NCBI RefSeq assembly: GCF_006345805.1
Contig: NC_043000.1
Coordinates: 15,562,001 to 15,626,000 of the forward strand
From: Octopus sinensis
Lineage: Eukaryota
Direction of reading: 5' to 3'
Length of the DNA: 64,000 nt
Shown: piece after piece, positions 23,691-36,895 of the stretch
Layout of the letters: each line of letters begins with the position of its first letter
How positions within the stretch are numbered: the first letter of the stretch is position 1
Notes under the pieces: model-generated
Seen by the model: the letters and a program-made list of their open reading frames with translations, nothing else
What the model was told of the DNA's origin: nothing
The model's database searches: none
Position numbers and translations under genes: made by a program

Positions 23691-26062
23691 CTTTGGAGAA
23701 GTGTTCTTACACCCTTTAGCATTTAAACCAGCCATATCCAGCCAAAGTATTCTACCTGTTTTGTGTTCAAACTGGCCAGACCTGGCCTCTCACACCAATC
23801 CTACTATATCATTCTGAAAATTAAGTCACCTCATCAAAACCTCAAAGCTACAAGATAATACATGATTACTTCAAAACAATGTGAATAAATGAGCATTACA
23901 TTTTACAGACTAAGATTGCTACAAACTCTTGTGCACCAACTTCCACTGGCTGTTCTGTGCAATGGTATCCCTCTTTTGTCAGCTTTTTCACAAGGTTATC
24001 ATGCATTGGTCATCTTACATTGGTGTTGTTCATCCACTTGGCTCTCATAAGGAACTGCCAGCTTGACCAAGATGATTTTGGCTCCTGATTCTGACCATAT
24101 CTAGTCTAAATAAAAAAGAACCCCTTCAAATATCTACACAATGGTCTCCATGAACAAGTTAAACTACAACTTTATAGACTAAAGAGGAAGAACACATGAT
24201 TCCTTGAGCAACGAAAAATACAGCAAAATTTCTATGAAATCCCATTCTGCCATTTTAAAAAGTGGAAAGGCACATTGGATAATGTTACCCTGGATATAAT
24301 GTAAGTAAAAAACAAAATCAAGATGATTACAGCTGGAATGTTTTTACTCATAGGTCTATTCAAACAGAACTACCCTGAGTCTGTACAACATGCTACAGCT
24401 TTTGTCTGTTAGAATCATATCTTGGATCATGATTTATTTATTTATGTATATTGGAGATGTAATATATATATTTCTTGCTAGATGGTAACAAAGTTGGTTG
24501 AGTCAGATTTGAAGAATAACAGGTTCTTACAGCATACTTAAGCTCTTGGGAATTTGGATGTTCCATCTGTTTAGGCCTTTGTTGCAGCACTTCCTTTTTC
24601 CTGCATATGTTTTCTCTATTGAAGGCTTCGATGCATCGCAGCTAAACTACGAGTCCAACCCTGGGGTCGATGAAATCAACTAGCTCCAACCCACGAAAAT
24701 TTCAGGCTTTATGCGTATAGTAGAAAGAATAATAGATGTCTGCCACTACGTTCTGAGTTCAAATTCCACCGAGGTCGACTTAGCCTTTCATCATTTCGGG
24801 GTCGATTAAATAAGTACCAGTTACGCACTGGGGTCGATGTAATCGACTTAATCCCTTTGTCCTTGTTTAGCCCCTTGTGGGCAATAAAGAAATAAGAAAG
24901 AATTATACATTGTATCTTCTGCATACAGTAAAATATTTTACCTCTTTCTATGTACATATAGGACTCGTTAAAGCTACAGTCTTTTTTTCATTGCATCTCT
25001 TGTAATGTCTAAAAACACGAGATAGTAGTACGAATTAGTCTAAAAATTCTTAGTTTAAGTTGAGAAAACATCTCCAAGGGAGAGAACTCTGCATTATTAA
25101 TCGGGAATTCAATTCTACTAAAATTGACACGAAGAAAAAGTAATCCTTCAGAGAAATAAGTATCATCATTGTAATCATCTTCTTGTTATTGTTGTGGTCG
25201 CCTGAATAGAAGTTCGATGTTGCAATCTGAATTGATGTAGCTGAATGGTTTCTATTAAAATCTGAAACTTAGCAGATTGTGCCTCAGGTAATTTTGGCAG
25301 AACAATTTGCATTTCAATTGGAAATACGTTTCCATGTTGAAAATACTGTTTTGTTAGAGCTTAAACATCTTCGCCCACAATGTTATCATTATAAAAAGTA
25401 TGTGCAAATAGAACTATCCAACAGTACAAGAGAAAAACGGTTGAAAAGCTGATGTTGCATGTCATCAAGTCTACTAATTTCATTGGGTGTGCTAAAGGAG
25501 AGGATGCAATTTTATCCACAATTGTACTTGCACTCATAGATGTACCCTTTCTCTTTGTACACAGGGGGTTAACATAATTGACTTACACCCATCCCCACCC
25601 CCAAATTACTGGCTTTGTGCCAAAATTTGAAACCAATACTTCACTTAAACACACCTCCCTGCAACTTGAATATACCCCACCACATCACATCTTCACCATC
25701 TTTACATCTCTTTATCCCTTTCTGGGGTAGCCATGTATTTCCTTTACTACAAGACACCTGTCTTTGTCCGTCCATTCATGCCCCCAACCTCTCATCTCCT
25801 GACACAAAGCCACCCTCTCAAATTCTACTCCCCACACACTTGAAAGGTTTTTTTTTTCTTGTAAATTATTTAGTGACTTCACTACTGCTGGTGCCATGTA
25901 AAAAAGCACCTGGTACACTCTGTAAAATGGTTGGTGTTAGGACGGGCATCCAGCCACAAGTGCCATGACAAAATAGACTTTGGAACTGGGTTCAGACTTC
26001 TGATTTGTCAGCTCCTGTCAAATTGTTCAGCCATGGCAACAAGGAAAACAGATGTTAAATTA

Positions 26063-26244
26063 TGATACAGTTCTATATTTAAGAGATGAGGAATTATGTA
26101 CATTATTTACATTTGATGGATATTTGTCCTCTTCTTGTTTGTTGTTAACCCAATGTTTTGGTTGATATACCCTCCAGCCTTCATCAGGTGTCTTGGGGGA
26201 ATTTCAAACCTGGGTTCCCATTCCTAAAGTATTTTTTGATGTTG

Positions 26245-26286
<42 letters not shown>

Positions 26287-26415
26287 TCACTGCATTGAAT
26301 CGAACTTGGAATCTTGGGGTTAGTAGCCCGTGCTCTTAACCAACGGGCCTATGGCATAGTGGTTAAGAATGCAGGCTGCTAAAACCAAGATTCCAAGTTT
26401 GATTCCAGTCAGTGA

Positions 26416-26465
<50 letters not shown>

Positions 26466-26625
26466 GTAATAGTAGTAGTAGTAGTAGTAGTAACAACAGC
26501 ATCGAAAAATACCTTAGGAATGAGAACCCAGGTTTGAAACTTCCCCAAGACACCTAATGAAGGCTGGAGGGTATATCAGCCGAAACGTTGTGTTAACAAC
26601 AAACAAGATGAGGACAAATATCTGT
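26063..26625. mobile_element. Head-to-head inverted pair of tRNA-headed, (AAT)n-linked repeats, each ending in a minimal hammerhead motif
   Basis: Arms 26105-26340 and 26362-26620 are reverse complements; hammerhead-like cores at 26147-26193 (-) and 26548-26594 (+). Confidence 0.8.
26548..26594 (+). ncRNA. Degenerate minimal type I hammerhead ribozyme
   Basis: agacac-CTAATGA-a-ggctg(gagggtatat)cagcc-GAAAC-GTT-gtgtt. Stems I and II pair; the core G5 position reads A. Confidence 0.6.
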
Positions 26626-26797
26626 CAATTATCTCACCCCCATTAAAAATTGGGTTATCTCCCCATCCCCAGTTTTACGAGAAATATTGGTACTTTTGAT
26701 TATCTCCTTTAATTACAAAAATTGTTTAACCCTCAATAAAATAAAATAAAAAGAAAATGAAAAGAATAATAAACATAAAAAGTGAAAAGATCAAACA

Positions 26798-27205
26798 TAG
26801 GCGCAGGAGTGGCTGTGTGATAAGTAGCTTGCTAACCAACCACATGGTTCCGGGTTCAGTCCCACTGCGTGGCATCTTGGGCAAGTGTCTTCTGCTAGAG
26901 CCCCGGGCCGACCAATGCCTTGTGAGTGGATTTGGTAGACGGAAACTGAAAGAAGCCTGTCGTATATATGTATATATATATGTGTGTGTGTTTGTGTGTC
27001 TGTGTTTGTTCCCCTAGCATTGCTTGACAACCGATGCTGGTGTGTTTACGTCCCCATCACTTAGCGGTTCGGCAAAAAGAGACCGATAGAATAAGTACTG
27101 GGCTTACAAAAAGAATAAGTCCCGGGGTCGAGTTGCTCGGCTAAAGGCGGTGCTCCAGCATGGCCGCAGTCAAATGACTGAAACAAGTAAAAGAGTAAAG
27201 AGAGA
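26798..27205 (+). mobile_element. Full-length CORE-like tRNA SINE
   Basis: A-box-like tggctgtgtgat, B-box-like ggttcagtccc, CORE-like cttgggcaagtg. Further copies at 37452-37670, 39126-39352 and 51082-51480. Confidence 0.9.
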
Positions 27206-27401
27206 GTATGAAAACAAAAAAATTAATAAACATGAAAACTGAAAAAATTAAAGATCTTAACGAATCTGATAACATTTTTATAACAAATCCAACCATGCCA
27301 ATTGAGGAGGCCAAGCATCAACAATGTGTTGAGGTATTGAATCAAAAGAATCTAACTCTTTTAATCAGTGTTGCCAACTTAAATCAGAATTTTATGCTAA
27401 A

Positions 27402-27914
27402 CTAGCAGTATCGCCCGGCGTTGCTCGGGTTTGTAAGGGAAATAACTATATAAGCATTTTTAGAGAGTTACTTCCCTTATAGATGCCAATTTGGGCTTTC
27501 TTAGCCATTTCTGTTTTGGTGTCTTCAAGCCATGAAGTCGTTGTTCTAAAAGAACGCTGGTCTCCTTGACAATGCTTTACGACATTGATTTCCTTACACT
27601 CCCTTCCCCACAGCTTCACGAGGGAGGGAAGAAGGGGGAGAAGCAAACAGGTACAGGTGTGACCATGGACGCCAACTCCGCCGCCATCGACACACGAAAA
27701 ATTATGCATTAAAATGGAATAAAAAATGATGTTAAATTATTTTTAAAATCGTAGACTCATCATAGACGCGCGCTAATACTCAGACGGGCTCGATATGAAT
27801 CACGACTATAAGATACCCGAATTTGGTTAAACTGCACCACAAAATGTGGGAGTAGTTAGGAATCTAAATCGAAGGGGACAGACACTCACACAACTACAGT
27901 TTTATATATATAGA
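27402..27914 (-). mobile_element. Non-autonomous Helitron (family 2)
   Basis: Minus strand: A|TC...cccgagcaacgccgggc...CTAG|T. Confidence 0.85.
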
Positions 27915-28763
27915 TTTCAGCAGAAAAAATAGCAAAGAAATGCTAAATATGGCAAAAAATGCTAAAGACTAATTATATAAAAAAGCTTAATTTTTATTTA
28001 CATTTTTATTAAGTTTCTTTTATTATATTGAGAAATAATTTCTTGAATGTCACTGATTTGATGACTTTCAGCTGCAGTACCTAGGTTTTGACTTCTGTAT
28101 ACATCCAAGGTCCCAATCTTGTTAATTATGTGTTTTGGAATATCAAAGTTTTTGTAACATTTGCCATACCTTTTCATGCCATATTTTACAGACAGTATTG
28201 ATCTAAGCATAGGAAGATGCATTTTGCTTTTCAATTTTGATTTGATTACACCCATACTACTGAACAACCATTCAACTTCTGCATTTGAGTTTGGCAATGT
28301 CAATAAATTAATGGCAAAATTTGCATCATCTCTAAAAGGATTTCCTCTAGTAGCATCTTTATATTCCAAGACTTCCAGCTAGAATGCCTCAGTATTAGAC
28401 TTATTTGTCCATTTAACTAAATGAATGCTATTAATCTGAATTTCAATTGAAGCAATTTTTCCTTCATTTAAATGCATTGCTTCTATGACAGGTAAAATTG
28501 GCTCTTTGAAATGCTGCAAAATATTCTCTACTGAAAAATGTTTGATATTCTTCAGTATATTATTTCCTGGCAAACGGTGCTTGAGCTCTTTTATAAAGGC
28601 AGAGTAAAAATCGTGCTCTGTTGCAAATATTATTTCTTAGGTGGCTGTTACAGTCTTCTTGATAATCATTTCTGCTATCTTTCTCTCAAACCTGTAGCAT
28701 AAATTTGGTTTAGGATCCAGAAATTTTTCAATAGAAGCATCCAGATCAAGAGGATCAATTCTA

Positions 28764-30005
28764 TTGGGTTGGCAACTAAGTTCCCACCATGTTTTAAAAT
28801 TTTAGAATTTATTGCGTTTTTAAATTTTGGAATCTATTTTTTTGAGAATTCTATTTTTGAATCATTTTGGAATTTATTTTGTCTTTTTTTCTAGTTAATT
28901 TTAGCTAATTTTTGTTTATTTTCAGATCATTAAAATGGAATGTCAAGTTAAGAAAAATGAGCATTATCAACACCTCCTTCTTTTTGCTTTTAACCAAGGT
29001 TCTAAGGCCATAAAAGCTGCTCATGACATTTGTGCTGTGTATGGAGAGGATGCCATAGCTGAAAGAATCGCTCGTGATTGGTATGCCGAGTTCAAAAATG
29101 GAAATTTTGACCTAAAAGACACACCTCGTTCTGGCTGCCCAGTTGAGGTCGATGAAGAGCGATTAAACCAACTTTTGCACAAAAATTCTCATCAAACGAC
29201 ATGGGAACCGGCAGAGAAAATGGAATGCTCCCACATTGCTATAGAGAAGCATCTTCACTGATGGAAAAGGTTAAGAAGTATGGTGCATGGGCTCCGCATG
29301 CTTTAAGTGGCAACAACAAAAATCAACGAGCCACAATCTCCGCTGGTTTGCTTGCTTGTCACCGCTCAACTCATGGACACTAGCAGCGATTTTTTACCAA
29401 ATCGTTACTGGTGATGAAAAATGGTGCCTGTACATCTATATGAAGCAGCGTAAGGAATGGCTTAACCCCAGTAAACAAGCGACACTGCGCATGAAAGAAT
29501 GTTGTGCATATGGTGGGACCTGGAGGGATTATCCATTACGAATTGCTTGAACAGAACCAAATGGTCAATGTGGAACTCTATGTTCAACAGATGGAATGAC
29601 TCAACACAGCTATTCAAGAGAAAAGACCTAATCGGCAGCATGGAGTTCTTCTGCTGCACGACAATGCCTGCCCTCATATTGCCAACGCATGGCTGGGAAG
29701 TGCTGCCACACCCACCATACTCTCCTAATTTGGCACCAACGGATTTCCGCCTCTTTTGATCTCTTTCAAATGCTATGCACGGAGTTTCGTTCAATACTGA
29801 TGCAGAATTGAGAGCTTGGTTGGATCAATTTTTCAAGTCAAAATCGGGTGATTTCTACCAATGAAATATTGAAAATCTTGTTGAACGTTGGGAAGAAGTT
29901 GTAAACAACAAGGCTGAATATATCATTGATTAATTAATTGTTATTTTTTATTAAACCTTTTAAAAAATTTTAATTTAAAAAAACAGCAGGAACTTAGTTG
30001 TCAAC
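28764..30005 (+). mobile_element. Near-full-length decayed mariner
   Basis: TA then TIR TTGGGTTGGCAACTAAGTTCCC; right TIR ggaacttagttgtcaa. Motifs WAPHAL, VTGDEKW and HPPYSPNLAPTDF; contains stops and frameshifts. Confidence 0.95.
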
Positions 30006-30516
30006 AGATTTGAAAGATCTTCAAGCAATTTTGTTTTGTCGACAATGTTTGATTCAAACAGTTTATTCACTCTTGAAAATGTTTTAAAACTGGATGCAAA
30101 AATAAAGGATAAAGTTCCTTCCTAGAATCACAAAACATTTCATGTAATGTTTGTGCTGTAAAGTATTTTTCTTTTGTAGTTGTAGTTTGGAAGTGAGTTT
30201 GCAATTCAAACCATTGGCTTAAAATTTTATTTACCGCTGGTTTTATTGACAGCCACCTAGTTGTACAAGAATTCTCGATCTTCAAAGGCTCTTTATCATT
30301 GATAGCAAGGTAAAGTTGTTTGTAGGCAAAAATTATAGGTTTCGGATACTAAAAATTCTAAATTTATGGGCAAGCATTCAGCACAAGTGTTGGATATTGC
30401 CAACTGTAAAGAATGACATACACATCTAAATAGAAGTAATGGAAAACACCATTGTTGACTCCTATCATTACTCTAGCATTGTCGGTTCCTATAGCCAGTA
30501 AATTTTTTATATCTAA

Positions 30517-30912
30517 CTAGCAGTATCGCCCGGCGTTGCTCGGGTTTGTAAGGGAAATAACTATATAAGCCTTTTTAGAGTTATAGCCAAAAGATAGCAA
30601 AAAAATGCATTAAAAATTGAAAAAAAATTATGGTACATTTTTTTTTAAATCGTTGACTCATCGTAGACATTTTTAGAGAGTTACTTCCCTTATATAATAG
30701 CGAAAAAATACATTAAAATGGGAAAAAATGATGGTAAATTATTTTTAAAATCGTAGACTCATTGTAGACACGCGCTAATACCCAGAAGGGCTCGATATGA
30801 ATCACGACTATAAGATACCCGGTTTTGGTTAAACTGCACCGCAAAATGTGGGAGTAGTTAGGAATCTAAATCGTAGGAGACAGACACACAACCTCTCTTT
30901 TATATATAAAGA
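30517..30912 (-). mobile_element. Non-autonomous Helitron (family 2) inside the hAT ORF
   Basis: Removing it precisely restores ELVKKK|LDIKNLLAIGTDN in frame with no TSD. Confidence 0.9.
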
Positions 30913-31827
30913 TTTCTTTTTCACTAATTCAATTTTTAATGCATCTACAATGCCATCCGCATCACATGTTTCTAAAAATACCATACTGAGATATGTTTGT
31001 ACCACTTTTTTGTGAGTGCCACTATATTTGATAACAATTCCTAACAACTTGTTTATCGATATATCATTGGATTCATCTAATAACAGGCTAAATTTTCTAT
31101 CTCCTATATCAGAAATCAAATCTCCATCAAAATATGGAACTAGAACATTTCTCACGATATTTGCACATTTTGTATGTTGCAACTTCACTTTGGATATAAT
31201 ATCACTATCAGACATATAATTAAGTGATCACATCTATTAAATGATGAGTGGCAACAAATAAACATTGCTAAATTTGCTTCAAGCATAGATGTCTTATCAT
31301 TTTTGGTTTTAATATAATTGGTAAGAAGAATCATTTGCTGTGGAGTCAATGCCTTATGTTTCTTTACTTCACAGTGGCTTACTAAAAGAGAATATTTTGC
31401 CAACATATTACATCTACTATATCTGCAGTGTGCTTTAAATTGGTCACTAGGTACTTCACACAACCACTTAGTAAACGCTGGCATCTTAAGCCATTCCTTT
31501 TGGAATTTTTGCTGGTACAACTTTGTTTTCTCTCTGCTCATTTTAATGTAGTGGGAAGCAAGAAAATAAATTGAATGATTAATAAAAATATAAAATTGAA
31601 AACACAACTTATCAGTTTGCCGCTAACAATTCTTTCATTCGTGAAATACCCCATTCTTTCCACATACATTAAATTGTGATGTAATCATAATCTACACCAT
31701 CTGAAAGGCTTTTGTAGTAAATTTCATTAAAAGACACCTTTTTTTTTAGAACATTATGAGGAAACAAAGTCGTGTGGCAGCACACTTATGCCCAAAATTT
31801 ATTTATTAAGTGGGTGAGTACAAATCA

Positions 31828-32572
31828 TTATCATCGTTTAACGTCCGCTTTCCATGCTAGCATGGGTTGGACGATTTGACTGAGTACTGGTGAACCAGAT
31901 GGCTGCACCAGACTCCAGTCTTATCTCGCAGAGTTTCTACAGCTGGATGTCCTTCATAATGCCAACCACTCCAAGAGTGGAGTGGGTGATTTTACATGCC
32001 ACGAGCATGAGGGCCAGTCAGGCAGTACTGGCAACGGCCACGCGCAAATGGTGTTTTTTACGTGCCATCTACACAGGAGCCAGTCCAGCGGCACTGGCAA
32101 TGACCTCGATCGAATGTTTTTTCATGTGCCAGTAAGGTGACACTGGTAACGATCACGCTCGAATGGTGCTTTTTACATGCCACCAGCACGTAAGCCGGTT
32201 AGCTGCTCTGGCAACAATCATGCTCGGATGGTGCTCTTGGCGCTCCACTAGCATGGTTGCCAGTCATCAAATTTGATTTCAATTTCACTTGCCTCAACAG
32301 GTCTTCACAAGCAGAGTTTAGTGTCCAATGAAGGAAAGGTACACATAAGTGGGCTGGTTACACCCCTGGCATAGGCCACGGGTTATGGTCTCACTTGGCT
32401 TGCCGGGTCTTCTCAAGCACAGCATATTTCCAAAAGTCCCGGTCACTAGTCATTGCTTCGGTGAGGCCTAATGTTCAAAGGTCATCCTGGTCTACCTCTT
32501 CCACAGGTCTTCCTGGGTCTACCTCTTCCACAGGTTCCCTCAACTGCTAGGGTGTGGTTCTTTTTCACATGA
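31828..32572 (-). mobile_element. RTE LINE 3' fragment
   Basis: ORF2-end remnant (duplicated ggtctacctcttccacaggt), 3'UTR array and tail. Confidence 0.85.
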
Positions 32573-32789
32573 TACAACGGAAAATTGGACGCAACATATC
32601 AGAAAAATTACGCAAATTGGGACTCAAATGCATAAATATTTAGCAACCAGAAGAAAACTACCCAGTGGGCTGTCTTTTTGCTAGTTTGTATAATAGTGGA
32701 TTAATTCAGCTACAATGATTTGCCTTGCGTTGTAATTTACAAATTAAGACGATATATCTACTGTGATATAATTACTGGATCAATAATCA

Positions 32790-33420
32790 AAGACTGTTTA
32801 AGGCAGTGAGCTAGCAGAAACATGAGCATGCGGGATGAAATGCTTAGTGGTATTTCGTTTGTCTTTATGTTCTGAGTTCAAATTCCGACGAGGTCAACTT
32901 TGCCTTTCATCCTTTCAGGGTTGATAAATTAATTACCATTTCGTACTGGGGTTGATCTAATCGGCTGGTCCCCTCCCCCAGAATTTCGGGCCTTGTGCCA
33001 AGAGTAAAAAAAAATGTAATAATCAAAAACTGTCTAAGGCGGCGAGCTGGTAGAAACATGAGCACACCAGGCGAAGTGCTTAGCGGTATTTCGTCTAACT
33101 TTACGTTCTGGGTTCAAATTCCGCCGAGGTCGACTTTGCCTTTCATCCTTTCAGGGTCGATTAAATAAGTACCAGTTACGCATGGGGTCGATGTAATCAA
33201 CTTAATCCGTTTGTTTGTCCTCTGTGTTTAGCTGCTTGTGGGTAGTAAAGAAATAGGTATTTCGTTTGTCTTTACGTTCTGAGTTCAAATTCCGCCGAGG
33301 TCGACTTTGCCTTTCATCCTTTCAAGGTTGATAAATTAAGTACCAGTTGCGTACTAGGATCGATCTAATCGACTGGCCTCCCCTCCCCCCAAAATTCGGG
33401 CCTTGTGCCTAAAGTAGAAA
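32790..33420 (+). mobile_element. Three tandem Meta-like SINE units
   Basis: The core ctttgcctttcatcctttc appears three times. Confidence 0.85.
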
Positions 33421-33449
33421 AAAATAATGAAAGACTGTCTTGTTCTTAC

Positions 33450-33780
33450 ATGTATCTAATGACTTTTGTAAGGTGTAATTTCGGAGCGATTTTGCCACTG
33501 ATTCTTTTGGCTCGAGCAACCACGAAAAGATTCCCTTATATTCATTCTTGACGTCAGTGAGATTAATTGGCGAATTATGTTTTTAGGATTTCTGTAAAGC
33601 AGAAGTGATTTCCAGCTCCTTATATTCGAATCAATGAATTTATATACTGGAGATTTGAGTGTGCGTGTGTGTGTGTGTGTGTGTACGTGCGTGCGTGTAT
33701 GTGTGTTTACTATTGCGTGCTCGACTGAGCAATTATATAAGCATGACGTGCAACGCAAATGACGCGGTTAAATTCTCGAC
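33450..33780 (-). promoter_or_regulatory. Candidate promoter or first exon of the minus-strand gene
   Basis: CpG-retaining unique DNA, perfect CRE TGACGTCA at 33549-33556, further TGACG half-sites near 33744-33765, donor CAT|gtaaga at 33450. Confidence 0.35.
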
Positions 33781-34074
33781 GTAACTGAATTCCATTCTTA
33801 CGTGTTCCACATCATTTCATTTACATCACTAACGCCCTTGAAAAATCTATGAACGTAATAGCTATATATTTTCCCGCCATAAAAAAACATCAACCTGTAA
33901 GCCTGTATAAAAATCGATACAACTGTTTTTGTGGATGTGCGTCAATGTGTTGAACAAATTTAAATTTGTGCGTACGTGCATGCATGTGACAGTTATTGCA
34001 CATAATTTAAACATTGCGTATGTTGCTGAGTGTTTCAATGCATGCATCCATGTAATCATGTGTGTGCAAATAAC

Positions 34075-34492
34075 CTATTTCTTTATTACCCACAAGGGGC
34101 TAAACATAGAGGGGACAAACATGGACAGACATAGGTATTAAGTCGATTATATCGACCCCAGTGCTTAACTGGTACTTAATTTATCGACCCCGAAAGGATG
34201 AAAGGCAAAGTCGACCTCGGCGGAATTTGAACTCACAACGTAACGGCAGCCGAAATACCTATTTCTTTATTACCCACAAGGGGCTAAACACAGAGGGGAC
34301 AAACATGGACAGACATAGGTATTAAGTCGATTATATCGACCCCAGTGCTTAACTGGTACTTAATTTATCGACCCCGAAAGGATGAAAGGCAAAGTCGACC
34401 TCGGCGGAATTTGAACTCACAACGTAACGGCAGCCGAAATACCGCTAAGCATTTCGCCCGACATGCTAACGATTCTGCTAGCTCGCCGCCTT
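34075..34492 (-). mobile_element. Dimeric Meta-like SINE with a 17-bp TSD
   Basis: Two ~183-bp units differing at one base; atgtgtgtgcaaataac at 34058-34074 and 34493-34509. Confidence 0.9.
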
Positions 34493-36895
34493 ATGTGTGT
34501 GCAAATAACTGTGTAAATTTATGCGCTAATGAATGTAAATACGTAAACTTTTTGCTTATATATGTGTAAAAATTGTACACGTATTTAAATGTAAGCATGT
34601 GATTGTGCAAAAGCGTATGTGTGCATGGATATAATGTTGAGGGCAAGTTATGTTTTGACTAGATATCCAAAGATAAGTTATCCTAGGAAAGGGGACCTGC
34701 CTCAAATTTTTGTAATATAGCAGACCCCCTCTAAAGGCATCGAAGGGCCAGTTGGTAGTTTTGTTAAACCGGGGGAACGATTGGGCTACCTCCGCGATTT
34801 GTTTTTCTGTGCTTACACACATGCACACACACCTATAGTGTACGTGTGTTCTATGTGTAAATATACGCACTAGAATGGCGAGAAAAGCAGATTAAGAAAA
34901 TGGAAAAGGTGTATGAAATTATGTATGAACCACTCTTGTATTTTTCCTATGTACAGAGAACCCAGAACCACATTACTCAGCATTTCTTTTTAAGATGATT
35001 TAAAGGAGATTTAGTTGCTTTTTCTAGCAAATCAACCGATCACGTGAGGTGCAATTTAAGGAGATTTGGTGAATACGGTGAGATGTGATTTAAAGGCGAT
35101 TTGGCTGCTATCTCTAGCAAATCAATCTTCCATGTAAGAGGTTCCTTCGGTAGCCTGGGTATGTACTATTAGTATTTTGTATGTTACGTGTGCACATCCC
35201 TATATTATCAGAACCATCGAATGAGTGAGTAGTGATAGCGGTAGAAGGGAAAGGGTGAAATATAGAGAGGGGAAAAAATAGAGAGTCGAGTAGAGGTAAA
35301 GATACAGAAAGAGAAAGAGAGAGGGAGTACAGAAATGAGAGGATAGAGGGAATGTGTGTACGTGTGTGTGTGTGTGTATGTGTGTGTGCAATAGTTCCTG
35401 GGAATTTCATTACTGGAACGGTTTAGTTGCTACGTTTATGGCCTGCCAACAATCGTTGATGGCCAAAGAAGCAAGATGTAATGCAAGTCAGCATTTGTTT
35501 CATAGCATTATACGAACAGATAGAAGAAAATAAAGAATAATATCGAATAATATCTAGTTTTATATTAAAAAATATCACCTTGCAAGAATACGAATCTAGT
35601 CAATATTTCCTCCCAACCTTGATTCTACCTTACCGTCTTTTATAAACCACGAACCGACGGGGACGCCTCTACGTGGCCACTCGGCCTGCTAGAAACAGGA
35701 GCCAAATCCCCCCCTCTCTGTTTTAGGAAAAAAAACACGTTAAATTATGTGATCCTGTGTTCTCTGCGCATAGAAAACGGACGTGATCCACAAGTGGAAT
35801 GCTTTTGTTTATAGGCTTGTTTGGTCAGAGTTGGCTTGTGCCTTAACCAAAATACAAGCCACAATCCTTATTGCTGAGACGTACCCATCTTCTATATCTA
35901 ACTGATATATACTGTTCAGACCACACTATATATTTCTTTACTGCCCACAAGGGGCTAAACACAGAGGGGACAAACAAGGACAGACATAGGTATTAAGTCG
36001 TAACTGGTACTTATTTAATCGACCCCGAAAGGATGAAAGGCAAAGTCGACCTCGGCGGAATTTGAACTCAGAACGTAGCGGCAGACAAAATACTGTTTAG
36101 CATTTCGCCCGGCGTGCTAACATTTCTGCCAGCTCGCCGCCTGTTCAGCCCACACTATATTCCAGCTTTCCCGTTACAGGAAGCATCTAGATGCATGTAG
36201 AATTCCCACACCCTGCATCCAACCTCCACTCCCACCTGGCTAGATATTAGCAACATTGACTTCAAGTTACTACGTTACTACTCTACCTCAAAGTCTCTCT
36301 TCCTCATATCTCATTTCGTCTGCTGTCTCTACTGATCTAACTCATCAATCACCAATTGTTATTCTACTATGCCTCATCATATATTAAGAATATCCATCTC
36401 CCATCAACTCTCTCTCTCGCTCTCATCTCTGAAATAATTCAACACCCTTTGGCTCTTAAAATACTCTCGAATTGACACTGCTGGTACACAGAAAGAATTT
36501 GCTTTTGTGAACTATCTGCACCAGTTTGCATTCTTACCTACCCACATCTCTGACCAATACTACTGACCTCTTTCTCTCCTCCAGATCAAACCTTTAGCTA
36601 GTCTTCTTCGTTTTTACTCCCATCAAGTCTCTTGACCACTGCCCAAACCAAGGTAAACCGTCTCACATTTTCCTACCGTACAACGACTATGCTCCACGAA
36701 TAACCAGCTACTTCAAACACTCACAGCTCTGCTAATTCTACGTTAAATGCCAACAAATGTGCTTCACATTTTTTTATACCCACATAAAGCAGCCAGTTAA
36801 GCGAGCAATTGCACCCTATTAGTCATGCCTCACCACATCTTTCACATAACCAAACCTCAAAAGTCCCACAAGCTTGGAAGACCCAATTGGTTTAC

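Larger units (their letters stand above)
27998..31560 (-). pseudogene. Decayed hAT-superfamily transposase, interrupted by a mariner and a Helitron
   Basis: N-terminal Zn-finger remnant (KWL...AHCRYSRC...H...KKH), FSLLLDESND, GTDNA, TRWLS, and dimerisation motif LPNSNAEVEWLFSSM. Contains stops and frameshifts. Candidate TIR cagtgttgccaac at 27366. Confidence 0.9.

Noticed and set aside
31990-32270. CRISPR-like alternation of palindromic repeats and spacers (also at 3786, 42100, 63470)
   Set aside because: The linkers resemble each other, the array is the 3'UTR of an RTE LINE, and there are no cas genes or prokaryotic context.
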